From: the human T2T-CHM13v2.0 reference genome, Homo sapiens
Length of the DNA: 64,000 bases
Direction: 5' to 3' (one strand)
Assembly: GCF_009914755.1 (NCBI RefSeq)
Contig: NC_060942.1
Shown: positions 50,801 through 62,800 of the stretch, piece by piece
Position numbering within the stretch: position 1 is the first letter of the stretch
Layout: each line of letters begins with the position of its first letter
The notes under the pieces: model-generated
The model's input: the letters and a program-made list of their open reading frames with translations, nothing else
Told to the model about the DNA's origin: nothing
The model's database searches: none
Program-made: the position numbers and the translations under genes

Positions 50801-53800
50801 GAACTGGACTTTTGGAGCGCTTTCAGGGCTAAGGTGAAAAAGGAAATATCTTCCCATAAAAACTGGACAGAAGCATTCTCAGAAACTTGTTTATGCTGTA
50901 TCTACTCAACTAACAAAGTTGAACCTTTCTTTTGATAGAGCAGTTTTGAAATGCTCTTTTTGTGGAATCTGCAAGTGGATATTTGGCTAGTTTTGAGGAT
51001 TTCGTTGGAAGCGGGAATTCATACAAATTGCAGACTGCAGCGTTCTGAGAAACATCTTTGTGATGTTTGTATTCAGGACAGAGAGTTGAACATTCCCTAT
51101 CATAGAGCAGGTTGGAATCACTCCTTTTGTAGTATCTGGAAGTGGACATTTGGAGCGCTTTCTGGCCTATGTTGAAAAAGGAAATATCTTCCCATAACAA
51201 CTAGACACAAGCATTCTCAGAAACTTGTTTGTGATGTGTGCCCTCTACTGACAGAGTTGAACCTTTCTTTTCATAGAGCAGTTTTGAAACACTCTTTTTG
51301 TAGAATCTGCAAGAGGATTTTTGCATAGCTTTGAGGATTTCGTGGGAAACGGGATTGTCTTCAGGTAAAATCTAGACAGAAGCATTCTCAGAAACTTCTT
51401 TGGGATGTTTGCATTCAAGTCACAGAGTAGAACATTCCCTTTGGTAGAGCAGGTTTGAAACACTCTTTTTGTAGTATCTGGAAGTGGACATTTGGAGCGC
51501 TTTCAGGCCTATGTTGGAAAGGGAAATATCTTCCGGTAACAACTAGGCAGAAGCATTCTCAGAAACTTATTTGAGATGTGTGTACTCAACTAAGAGAATT
51601 GAACCACCGTTTTGAAGGAGCAGTTTTGAAACACTCTTTTTCTGGAATCTGCAAGAGGATATTTGCCTAGCTTTGAGGATTTCGTTGGAAACGGGATTGT
51701 GTTCAGATCAAATCTAGACAGAAGCATTCTCAGAAACTTCTTTGGGATGTTTGCATTCAAGTCACAGAGTAGAACATTCCCTTTGGTAGAGCAGGTGTGA
51801 AACACTCTTTTTTTAGTATATGGAAGTGGACATTTGGAGCGCTTTCAGGCCTACGTTGGAAAAGGAAATATCTTCCCATAACAACTAGACAGAAGCATTC
51901 TCAGAAACTAGTTTCTGATGTGTGTCCTCAACTAACACAGTTGAACATTTCTTTAGACAGAACAGTTTTGAAACTCTCTTTTTGTGGAATCTGCAAGTGG
52001 CTATTTGGCTAGATTTGAGGATTTCGTTGGAAACGGGATTACATATAAAAAGCAGACAGCAGCATTCTCAGAAAGTTCTTTGTGATGATTGCATTCAAGT
52101 CACAGAATTGAACATTCCCTTTCACAGAGCAGGTTTGAAACACTCTTTTTGTAGTGTGTGTAAGTGGACATTTGGAGCACTTTCCGGCCTAAGGTGAGAA
52201 AGGAAATATCTTCCCATAAAAACTAGACAGAAGTATTCTCAGAAACTTACTCTTGATGTGTGTCCTCAACTAAAGGAGTAGAACCTTTCTTTCATAGAGA
52301 AGTTTTGAAACGCTCTTTTTGTGGAATCTGCAAGTGGATATTTGGCTAGTTTGGAGGATTTCGTTGGAAGCGGGAATTCATACAAATTGCAGACTGCAGC
52401 GTTCTGAGAAACATCTTTGTGATGTTTGTATTCAGGACACAGAGTTGAACATTCCCTATCATAGAGCAGGTTGGAATCACTCCTTTTGTAGTATCTGGAA
52501 GTGGACATTTGGAGCGCTTTCAGGCCTATGTTGGAAAAGGAAATATCTTCCCATAACAACTAGACAGAAGCATTCTCAGAAACTTATTTGAGATTTGTGT
52601 ACTCAACTAAGAGAATTGAACCACCGTTTTGAAGGAGCAGTTTTGAAACACTCTTTTTCTGGAATCTGCAAGTGGATATTTGGCTAGCTTTGGGGATTTC
52701 GCTGGAGGCGGGAATACATATAAAAAGCACACAGCAGCGTTCTGAGAAACTGCTTTCTGATGTTTGCATTCAAGTCAAAAGTTGAACACTCCCTTTCATA
52801 GAGCAGTCCTGAAACAATCCTTTTGTAGTATCTGGAACTGGACTTTTGGAGCGCTTTCAGGGCTAAGGTGAAAAAGGAAATATCTTCCCATAAAAACTGG
52901 ACAGAAGCATTCTCAGAAACTTGTTTATGCTGTATCTACTCAACTAACAAAGTTGAACCTTTCTTTTGATAGAGCAGTTTTGAAATGCTCTTTTTGTGGA
53001 ATCTGCAAGTGGATATTTGGCTAGTTTTGAGGATTTCGCTGGAAGCGGGAATTCATACAAATTGCAGACTGCAGCGTTCTGAGAAACATCTTTGTGATGT
53101 TTGCATTCAGGACAGAGAGTTGAACATTCCCTATCATAGAGCAGGTTGGAATCACTCCTTTTGTAGTATCTGGAAGTGGACATTTGGAGCGCTTTCAGGC
53201 CTATGTTGAAAAAGGAAATATCTTCCCATAACAACTAGACACAAGCATTCTCAGAAACTTGTTTGTGATGTGTGCCCTCTACTGACAGAGTTGAACCTTT
53301 CTTTTCATAGAGCAGTTTTGAAACACTCTTTTTGTAGAATCTGCAAGAGGATATTTGCATAGCTTTGAGGATTTCGTGGGAAACGGGATTGTCTTCAGGT
53401 AAAATCTAGACAGAAGCATTCTCAGAAACTTCTTTGGGATGTTTGCATTCAAGTCACAGAGTAGAACATTCCCTTTGGTAGAGCAGGTTTGAAACACTCT
53501 TTTTGTAGTATCTGGAAGTGGACATTTGGAGCGCTTTCAGGCCTATGTTGGAAAGGGAAATATCTTCCCGTAACAACTAGGCAGAAGCATTCTCAGAAAC
53601 TTATTTGAGATGTGTGTACTCAACTAAGAGAATTGAACCACCGTTTTGAAGGAGCAGTTTTGAAACACTCTTTTTCTGGAATCTGCAAGAGGATATTTGC
53701 CTAGCCTTGAGGATTTCGTTGGAAACGGGATTGTCTTCAGATCAAATCTAGACAGAAGCATTCTCAGAAACTTCTTTGGGATGTTTGCATTCAAGTCACA

Positions 53801-56800
53801 GAGTAGAACATTCCCTTTGGTAGAGCAGGTTTGAAACACTCTTTTTTTAGTATATGGAAGTGGACATTTGGAGCGCTTTCAGGCCTACGTTGGAAAAGGA
53901 AATATCTTCCCATAACAACTAGACAGAAGCATTCTCAGAAACTAGTTTCTGATGTGTGTCCTCAACTAACACAGTTGAACATTTCTTTAGACAGAACAGT
54001 TTTGAAACACTCTTTTTGTGGAATCTGCAAGTGGCTATTTGGCTAGATTTGAGGATTTCGTTGGAAACGGGATTACATATAAAAAGCAGACAGCAGCATT
54101 CTCAGAAAGTTCTTTGTGATGATTGCATTCAAGTCACAGAATTGAACATTCCCTTTCACAGAGCAGGTTTGAAACACTCTTTTTGTAGTGTGTGTAAGTG
54201 GACATTTGGAGCACTTTCCGGCCTAAGGTGAAAAAGGAAATATCTTCCCATAAAAACTAGACAGAAGCACTCTCAGAAACTTACTCGTGATGTGTGTCCT
54301 CAACTAAAGGAGTAGAACCTTTCTTTTCATAGAGAAGTTTTGAAACGCTCTTTTTGTGGAATCTGCAAGTGGATATTTGGCTAGTTTGGAGGATTTCGTT
54401 GGAAGCGGGAATTCATACAAATTGCAGACTGCAGCGTTCTGAGAAACATCTTTGTGATGTTTGTATTCAGGACACAGAGTTGAACATTCCCTATCATAGA
54501 GCAGGTTTGAATCACTCCTTTTGTAGTATCTGGAAGTGGACATTTGGAGCGCTTTCAGGCCTATGTTGGAAAAGGAAATATCTTCCCATAACAACTAGAC
54601 AGAAGCATTCTCAGAAACTTATTTGAGATGTGTGTACTCAACTAAGAGAATTGAACCACCGTTTTGAAGGAGCAGTTTTGAAACACTCTTTTTCTGGAAT
54701 CTGCAAGTGGATATTTGGCTAGCTTTGGGGATTTCGCTGGAAGCGGGAATACATATAAAAAGCACACAGCAGCGTTCTGAGAAACTGCTTTCTGATGTTT
54801 GCATTCAAGTCAAAAGTTGAACACTCCCTTTCATAGTGCAGTCCTGAAACACTCCTTTTGTAGTATCTGGAACTGGACTTTTGGAGCGCTTTCAGGGCTA
54901 AGGTGAAAAAGGAAATATCTTCCCATAAAAACTGGACAGAAGCATTCTCAGAAACTTGTTTATGCTGTATCTACTCAACTAACAAAGTTGAACCTTTCTT
55001 TTGATAGAGCAGTTTTGAAATGCTCTTTTTGTGGAATCTGCAAGTGGATATTTGGCTAGTTTTGAGGATTTCGTTGGAAGCGGGAATTCATACAAATTGC
55101 AGACTGCAGGATTCTGAGAAACATCTTTGTGATGTTTGTATTCAGGACAGAGAGTTGAACATTCCCTATCATAGAGCAGGTTGGAATCACTCCTTTTGTA
55201 GTATCTGGAAGTGGACATTTGGAGCGCTTTCAGGCCTATGTTGAAAAAGGAAATATCTTCCCATAACAACTAGACACAAGCATTCTCAGAAACTTGTTTG
55301 TGATGTGTGCCCTCTACTGACAGAGTTGAACCTTTCTTTTCATAGAGCAGTTTTGAAACACTCTTTTTGTAGAATCTGCAAGAGGATATTTGCATAGCTT
55401 TGAGGATTTCGTGGGAAACGGGATTGTCTTCAGGTAAAATCTAGACAGAAGCATTCTCAGAAACTTCTTTGGGATGTTTGCATTCAAGTCACAGAGTAGA
55501 ACATTCCCTTTGGTAGAGCAGGTTTGAAACACTCTTTTTGTAGTATCTGGAAGTGGACATTTGGAGCGCTTTCAGGCCTATGTTGGAAAGGGAAATATCT
55601 TCCCGTAACAACTAGGCAGAAGCATTCTCAGAAACTTATTTGAGATGTGTGTACTCAACTAAGAGAATTGAACCACCGTTTTGAAGGAGCAGTTTTGAAA
55701 CACTCTTTTTCTGGAATCTGCAAGAGGATATTTGCCTAGCCTTGAGGATTTCGTTGGAAACGGGATTGTCTTCAGATCAAATCTAGACAGAAGCATTCTC
55801 AGAAACTTCTTTGGGATGTTTGCATTCAAGTCACAGAGTAGAACATTCCCTTTGGTAGAGCAGGTTTGAAACACTCTTTTTTTAGTATATGGAAGTGGAC
55901 ATTTGGAGCGCTTTCAGGCCTACGTTGGAAAAGGAAATATCTTCCCATAACAACTAGACAGAAGCATTCTCAGAAACTAGTTTCTGATGTGTGTCCTCAA
56001 CTAACACAGTTGAACATTTCTTTAGACAGAACAGTTTTGAAACTCTCTTTTTGTGGAATCTGCAAGTGGCTATTTGGCTAGATTTGAGGATTTCGTTGGA
56101 AACGGGATTACATATAAAAAGCAGACAGCAGCATTCTCAGAAAGTTCTTTGTGATGATTGCATTCAAGTCACAGAATTGAACATTCCCTTTCACAGAGCA
56201 GGTTTGAAACACTCTTTTTATAGTGTGTGTAAGTGGACATTTGGAGCACTTTCCGGCCTAAGGTGAAAAAGGAAATATCTTCCCATAAAAACTAGACAGA
56301 AGCATTCTCAGAAACTTACTCGTGATGTGTGTCCTCAACTAAAGGAGTAGAACCTTTCTTTTCATAGAGAAGTTTTGAAACGCTCTTTTTGTGGAATCTG
56401 CAAGTGGATATTTGGCTAGTTTGGAGGATTTCGTTGGAAGCGGGAATTCATACAAATTGCAGACTGCAGCGTTCTGAGAAACATCTTTGTGATGTTTGTA
56501 TTCAGGACACAGAGTTGAACATTCCCTATCATAGAGCAGGTTGGAATCACTCCTTTTGTAGTATCTGGAAGTGGACATTTGGAGCGCTTTCAGGCCTATG
56601 TTGGAAAAGGAAATATCTTCCCATAACAACTAGACAGAAGCATTCTCAGAAACTTATTTGAGATGTGTGTACTCAACTAAGAGAATTGAACCACCGTTTT
56701 GAAGGAGCAGTTTTGAAACACTCTTTTTCTGGAATCTGCAAGTGGATATTTGGCTAGCTTTGGGGATTTCGCTGGAGGCGGGAATACATATAAAAAGCAC

Positions 56801-59800
56801 ACAGCAGCGTTCTGAGAAACTGCTTTCTGATGTTTGCATTCAAGTCAAAAGTTGAACACTCCCTTTCATAGAGCAGTCCTGAAACACTCCTTTTGTAGTA
56901 TCTGGAACTGGACTTTTGGAGCGCTTTCAGGGCTAAGGTGAAAAAGGAAATATCTTCCCATAAAAACTGGACAGAAGCATTCTCAGAAACTTGTTTATGC
57001 TGTATCTACTCAACTAACAAAGTTGAACCTTTCTTTTGATAGAGCAGTTTTGAAATGCTCTTTTTGTGGAATCTGCAAGTGGATATTTGGCTAGTTTTGA
57101 GGATTTCGTTGGAAGCGGGAATTCATACAAATTGCAGACTGCAGCGTTCTGAGAAACATCTTTGTGATGTTTGTATTCAGGACAGAGAGTTGAACATTCC
57201 CTATCATAGAGCAGGTTGGAATCACTCCTTTTGTAGTATCTGGAAGTGGACATTTGGAGCGCTTTCTGGCCTATGTTGAAAAAGGAAATATCTTCCCATA
57301 ACAACTAGACACAAGCATTCTCAGAAACTTGTTTGTGATGTGTGCCCTCTACTGACAGAGTTGAACCTTTCTTTTCATAGAGCAGTTTTGAAACACTCTT
57401 TTTGTAGAATCTGCAAGAGGATTTTTGCATAGCTTTGAGGATTTCGTGGGAAACGGGATTGTCTTCAGGTAAAATCTAGACAGAAGCATTCTCAGAAACT
57501 TCTTTGGGATGTTTGCATTCAAGTCACAGAGTAGAACATTCCCTTTGGTAGAGCAGGTTTGAAACACTCTTTTTGTAGTATCTGGAAGTGGACATTTGGA
57601 GCGCTTTCAGGCCTATGTTGGAAAGGGAAATATCTTCCGGTAACAACTAGGCAGAAGCATTCTCAGAAACTTATTTGAGATGTGTGTACTCAACTAAGAG
57701 AATTGAACCACCGTTTTGAAGGAGCAGTTTTGAAACACTCTTTTTCTGGAATCTGCAAGAGGATATTTGCCTAGCTTTGAGGATTTCGTTGGAAACGGGA
57801 TTGTGTTCAGATCAAATCTAGACAGAAGCATTCTCAGAAACTTCTTTGGGATGTTTGCATTCAAGTCACAGAGTAGAACATTCCCTTTGGTAGAGCAGGT
57901 GTGAAACACTCTTTTTTTAGTATATGGAAGTGGACATTTGGAGCGCTTTCAGGCCTACGTTGGAAAAGGAAATATCTTCCCATAACAACTAGACAGAAGC
58001 ATTCTCAGAAACTAGTTTCTGATGTGTGTCCTCAACTAACACAGTTGAACATTTCTTTAGACAGAACAGTTTTGAAACTCTCTTTTTGTGGAATCTGCAA
58101 GTGGCTATTTGGCTAGATTTGAGGATTTCGTTGGAAACGGGATTACATATAAAAAGCAGACAGCAGCATTCTCAGAAAGTTCTTTGTGATGATTGCATTC
58201 AAGTCACAGAATTGAACATTCCCTTTCACAGAGCAGGTTTGAAACACTCTTTTTGTAGTGTGTGTAAGTGGACATTTGGAGCACTTTCCGGCCTAAGGTG
58301 AGAAAGGAAATATCTTCCCATAAAAACTAGACAGAAGCATTCTCAGAAACTTACTCGTGATGTGTGTCCTCAACTAAAGGAGTAGAACCTTTCTTTCATA
58401 GAGAAGTTTTGAAACGCTCTTTTTGTGGAATCTGCAAGTGGATATTTGGCTAGTTTGGAGGATTTCGTTGGAAGCGGGAATTCATACAAATTGCAGACTG
58501 CAGCGTTCTGAGAAACATCTTTGTGATGTTTGTATTCAGGACACAGAGTTGAACATTCCCTATCATAGAGCAGGTTGGAATCACTCCTTTTGTAGTATCT
58601 GGAAGTGGACATTTGGAGCGCTTTCAGGCCTATGTTGGAAAAGGAAATATCTTCCCATAACAACTAGACAGAAGCATTCTCAGAAACTTATTTGAGATGT
58701 GTGTACTCAACTAAGAGAATTGAACCACCGTTTTGAAGGAGCAGTTTTGAAACACTCTTTTTCTGGAATCTGCAAGTGGATATTTGGCTAGCTTTGGGGA
58801 TTTCGCTGGAGGCGGGAATACATATAAAAAGCACACAGCAGCGTTCTGAGAAACTGCTTTCTGATGTTTGCATTCAAGTCAAAAGTTGAACACTCCCTTT
58901 CATAGAGCAGTCCTGAAACACTCCTTTTGTAGTATCTGGAACTGGACTTTTGGAGCGCTTTCAGGGCTAAGGTGAAAAAGGAAATATCTTCCCATAAAAA
59001 CTGGACAGAAGCATTCTCAGAAACTTGTTTATGCTGTATCTACTCAACTAACAAAGTTGAACCTTTCTTTTGATAGAGCAGTTTTGAAATGCTCTTTTTG
59101 TGGAATCTGCAAGTGGATATTTGGCTAGTTTTGAGGATTTCGCTGGAAGCGGGAATTCATACAAATTGCAGACTGCAGCGTTCTGAGAAACATCTTTGTG
59201 ATGTTTGCATTCAGGACAGAGAGTTGAACATTCCCTATCATAGAGCAGGTTGGAATCACTCCTTTTGTAGTATCTGGAAGTGGACATTTGGAGCGCTTTC
59301 TGGCCTATGTTGAAAAAGGAAATATCTTCCCATAACAACTAGACACAAGCATTCTCAGAAACTTGTTTGTGATGTGTGCCCTCTACTGACAGAGTTGAAC
59401 CTTTCTTTTCATAGAGCAGTTTTGAAACACTCTTTTTGTAGAATCTGCAAGAGGATATTTGCATAGCTTTGAGGATTTCGTGGGAAACGGGATTGTCTTC
59501 AGGTAAAATCTAGACAGAAGCATTCTCAGAAACTTCTTTGGGATGTTTGCATTCAAGTCACAGAGTAGAACATTCCCTTTGGTAGAGCAGGTTTGAAACA
59601 CTCTTTTTGTAGTATCTGGAAGTGGACATTTGGAGCGCTTTCAGGCCTATGTTGGAAAGGGAAATATCTTCCGGTAACAACTAGGCAGAAGCATTCTCAG
59701 AAACTTATTTGAGATGTGTGTACTCAACTAAGAGAATTGAACCACCGTTTTGAAGGAGCAGTTTTGAAACACTCTTTTTCTGGAATCTGCAAGAGGATAT

Positions 59801-62800
59801 TTGCCTAGCTTTGAGGATTTCGTTGGAAACGGGATTGTGTTCAGATCAAATCTAGACAGAAGCATTCTCAGAAACTTCTTTGGGATGTTTGCATTCAAGT
59901 CACAGAGTAGAACATTCTCTTTGGTAGAGCAGGTGTGAAACACTCTTTTTTTAGTATATGGAAGTGGACATTTGGAGCGCTTTCAGGCCTACGTTGGAAA
60001 AGGAAATATCTTCCCATAACAACTAGACAGAAGCATTCTCAGAAACTAGTTTCTGATGTGTGTCCTCAACTAACACAGTTGAACGTTTCTTTAGACAGAA
60101 CAGTTTTGAAACTCTCTTTTTGTGGAATCTGCAAGTGGCTATTTGGCTAGATTTGAGGATTTCGTTGGAAACGGGATTACATATAAAAAGCAGACAGCAG
60201 CATTCTCAGAAAGTTCTTTGTGATGATTGCATTCAAGTCACAGAATTGAACATTCCCTTTCACAGAGCAGGTTTGAAACACTCTTTTTGTAGTGTGTGTA
60301 AGTGGACATTTGGAGCACTTTCCGGCCTAAGGTGAGAAAGGAAATATCTTCCCATAAAAACTAGACAGAAGTATTCTCAGAAACTTACTCTTGATGTGTG
60401 TCCTCAACTAAAGGAGTAGAACCTTTCTTTCATAGAGAAGTTTTGAAACGCTCTTTTTGTGGAATCTGCAAGTGGATATTTGGCTAGTTTGGAGGATTTC
60501 GTTGGAAGCGGGAATTCATACAAATTGCAGACTGCAGCGTTCTGAGAAACATCTTTGTGATGTTTGTATTCAGGACACAGAGTTGAACATTCCCTATCAT
60601 AGAGCAGGTTGGAATCACTCCTTTTGTAGTATCTGGAAGTGGACATTTGGAGCGCTTTCAGGCCTATGTTGGAAAAGGAAATATCTTCCCATAACAACTA
60701 GACAGAAGCATTCTCAGAAACTTATTTGAGATGTGTGTACTCAACTAAGAGAATTGAACCACCGTTTTGAAGGAGCAGTTTTGAAACACTCTTTTTCTGG
60801 AATCTGCAAGTGGATATTTGGCTAGCTTTGGGGATTTCGCTGGAGGCGGGAATACATATAAAAAGCACACAGCAGCGTTCTGAGAAACTGCTTTCTGATG
60901 TTTGCATTCAAGTCAAAAGTTGAACACTCCCTTTCATAGAGCAGTCCTGAAACACTCCTTTTGTAGTATCTGGAACTGGACTTTTGGAGCGCTTTCAGGG
61001 CTAAGGTGAAAAAGGAAATATCTTCCCATAAAAACTGGACAGAAGCATTCTCAGAAACTTGTTTATGCTGTATCTACTCAACTAACAAAGTTGAACCTTT
61101 CTTTTGATAGAGCAGTTTTGAAATGCTCTTTTTGTGGAATCTGCAAGTGGATATTTGGCTAGTTTTGAGGATTTCGCTGGAAGCGGGAATTCATACAAAT
61201 TGCAGACTGCAGCGTTCTGAGAAACATCTTTGTGATGTTTGTATTCAGGACAGAGAGTTGAACATTCCCTATCATAGAGCAGGTTGGAATCACTCCTTTT
61301 GTAGTATCTGGAAGTGGACATTTGGAGCGCTTTCAGGCCTATGTTGAAAAAGGAAATATCTTCCCATAACAACTAGACACAAGCATTCTCAGAAACTTGT
61401 TTGTGATGTGTGCCCTCTACTGACAGAGTTGAACCTTTCTTTTCATAGAGCAGTTTTGAAACACTCTTTTTGTAGAATCTGCAAGAGGATATTTGCATAG
61501 CTTTGAGGATTTCGTGGGAAACGGGATTGTCTTCAGGTAAAATCTAGACAGAAGCATTCTCAGAAACTTCTTTGGGATGTTTGCATTCAAGTCACAGAGT
61601 AGAACATTCCCTTTGGTAGAGCAGGTTTGAAACACTCTTTTTGTAGTATCTGGAAGTGGACATTTGGAGCGCTTTCAGGCCTATGTTGGAAAGGGAAATA
61701 TCTTCCCGTAACAACTAGGCAGAAGCATTCTCAGAAACTTATTTGAGATGTGTGTACTCAACTAAGAGAATTGAACCACCGTTTTGAAGGAGCAGTTTTG
61801 AAACACTCTTTTTCTGGAATCTGCAAGAGGATATTTGCCTAGCCTTGAGGATTTCGTTGGAAACGGGATTGTCTTCAGATCAAATGTAGACAGAAGCATT
61901 CTCAGAAACTTCTTTGGGATGTTTGCATTCAAGTCACAGAGTAGAACATTCCCTTTGGTAGAGCAGGTTTGAAACACTCTTTTTTTAGTATATGGAAGTG
62001 GACATTTGGAGCGCTTTCAGGCCTACGTTGGAAAAGGAAATATCTTCCCATAACAACTAGACAGAAGCATTCTCAGAAACTAGTTTCTGAGGTGTGTCCT
62101 CAACTAACACAGTTGAACATTTCTTTAGACAGAACAGTTTTGAAACACTCTTTTTGTGGAATCTGCAAGTGGCTATTTGGCTAGATTTGAGGATTTCGTT
62201 GGAAACGGGATTACATATAAAAAGCAGACAGCAGCATTCTCAGAAAGTTCTTTGTGATGATTGCATTCAAGTCACAGAATTGAACATTCCCTTTCACAGA
62301 GCAGGTTTGAAACACTCTTTTTGTAGTGTGTGTAAGTGGACATTTGGAGCACTTTCCGGCCTAAGGTGAAAAAGGAAATATCTTCCCATAAAAACTAGAC
62401 AGAAGCATTCTCAGAAGCTTACTCGTGATGTGTGTCCTCAACTAAAGGAGTAGAACCTTTCTTTTCATAGAGGAGTTTTGAAACGCTCTTTTTGTGGAAT
62501 CTGCAAGTGGATATTTGGCTAGTTTGGAGGATTTCGTTGGAAGCGGGAATTCATACAAATTGCAGACTGCAGCGTTCTGAGAAACATCTTTGTGATGTTT
62601 GTATTCAGGACACAGAGTTGAACATTCCCTATCATAGAGCAGGTTTGAATCACTCCTTTTGTAGTATCCGGAAGTGGACATTTGGAGCGCTTTCAGGCCT
62701 ATGTTGGAAAAGGAAATATCTTCCCATAACAACTAGACAGAAGCATTCTCAGAAACTTATTTGAGATGTGTGTACTCAACTAAGAGAATTGAACCACCGT

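Larger units (their letters stand above)
41830..51534 (+). repeat. Very recent tandem duplication with 4,745-bp period (4-mer + two 12-mers, twice)
   Basis: Private SNVs recur at +4,745: TCTGAAGTG 42429/47174, ACTCATG 43438/48183, TTGTTAGTG 44450/49195, new EcoRI site 45325/50070, GATTTTTG 46574/51319. Confidence 0.92.
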
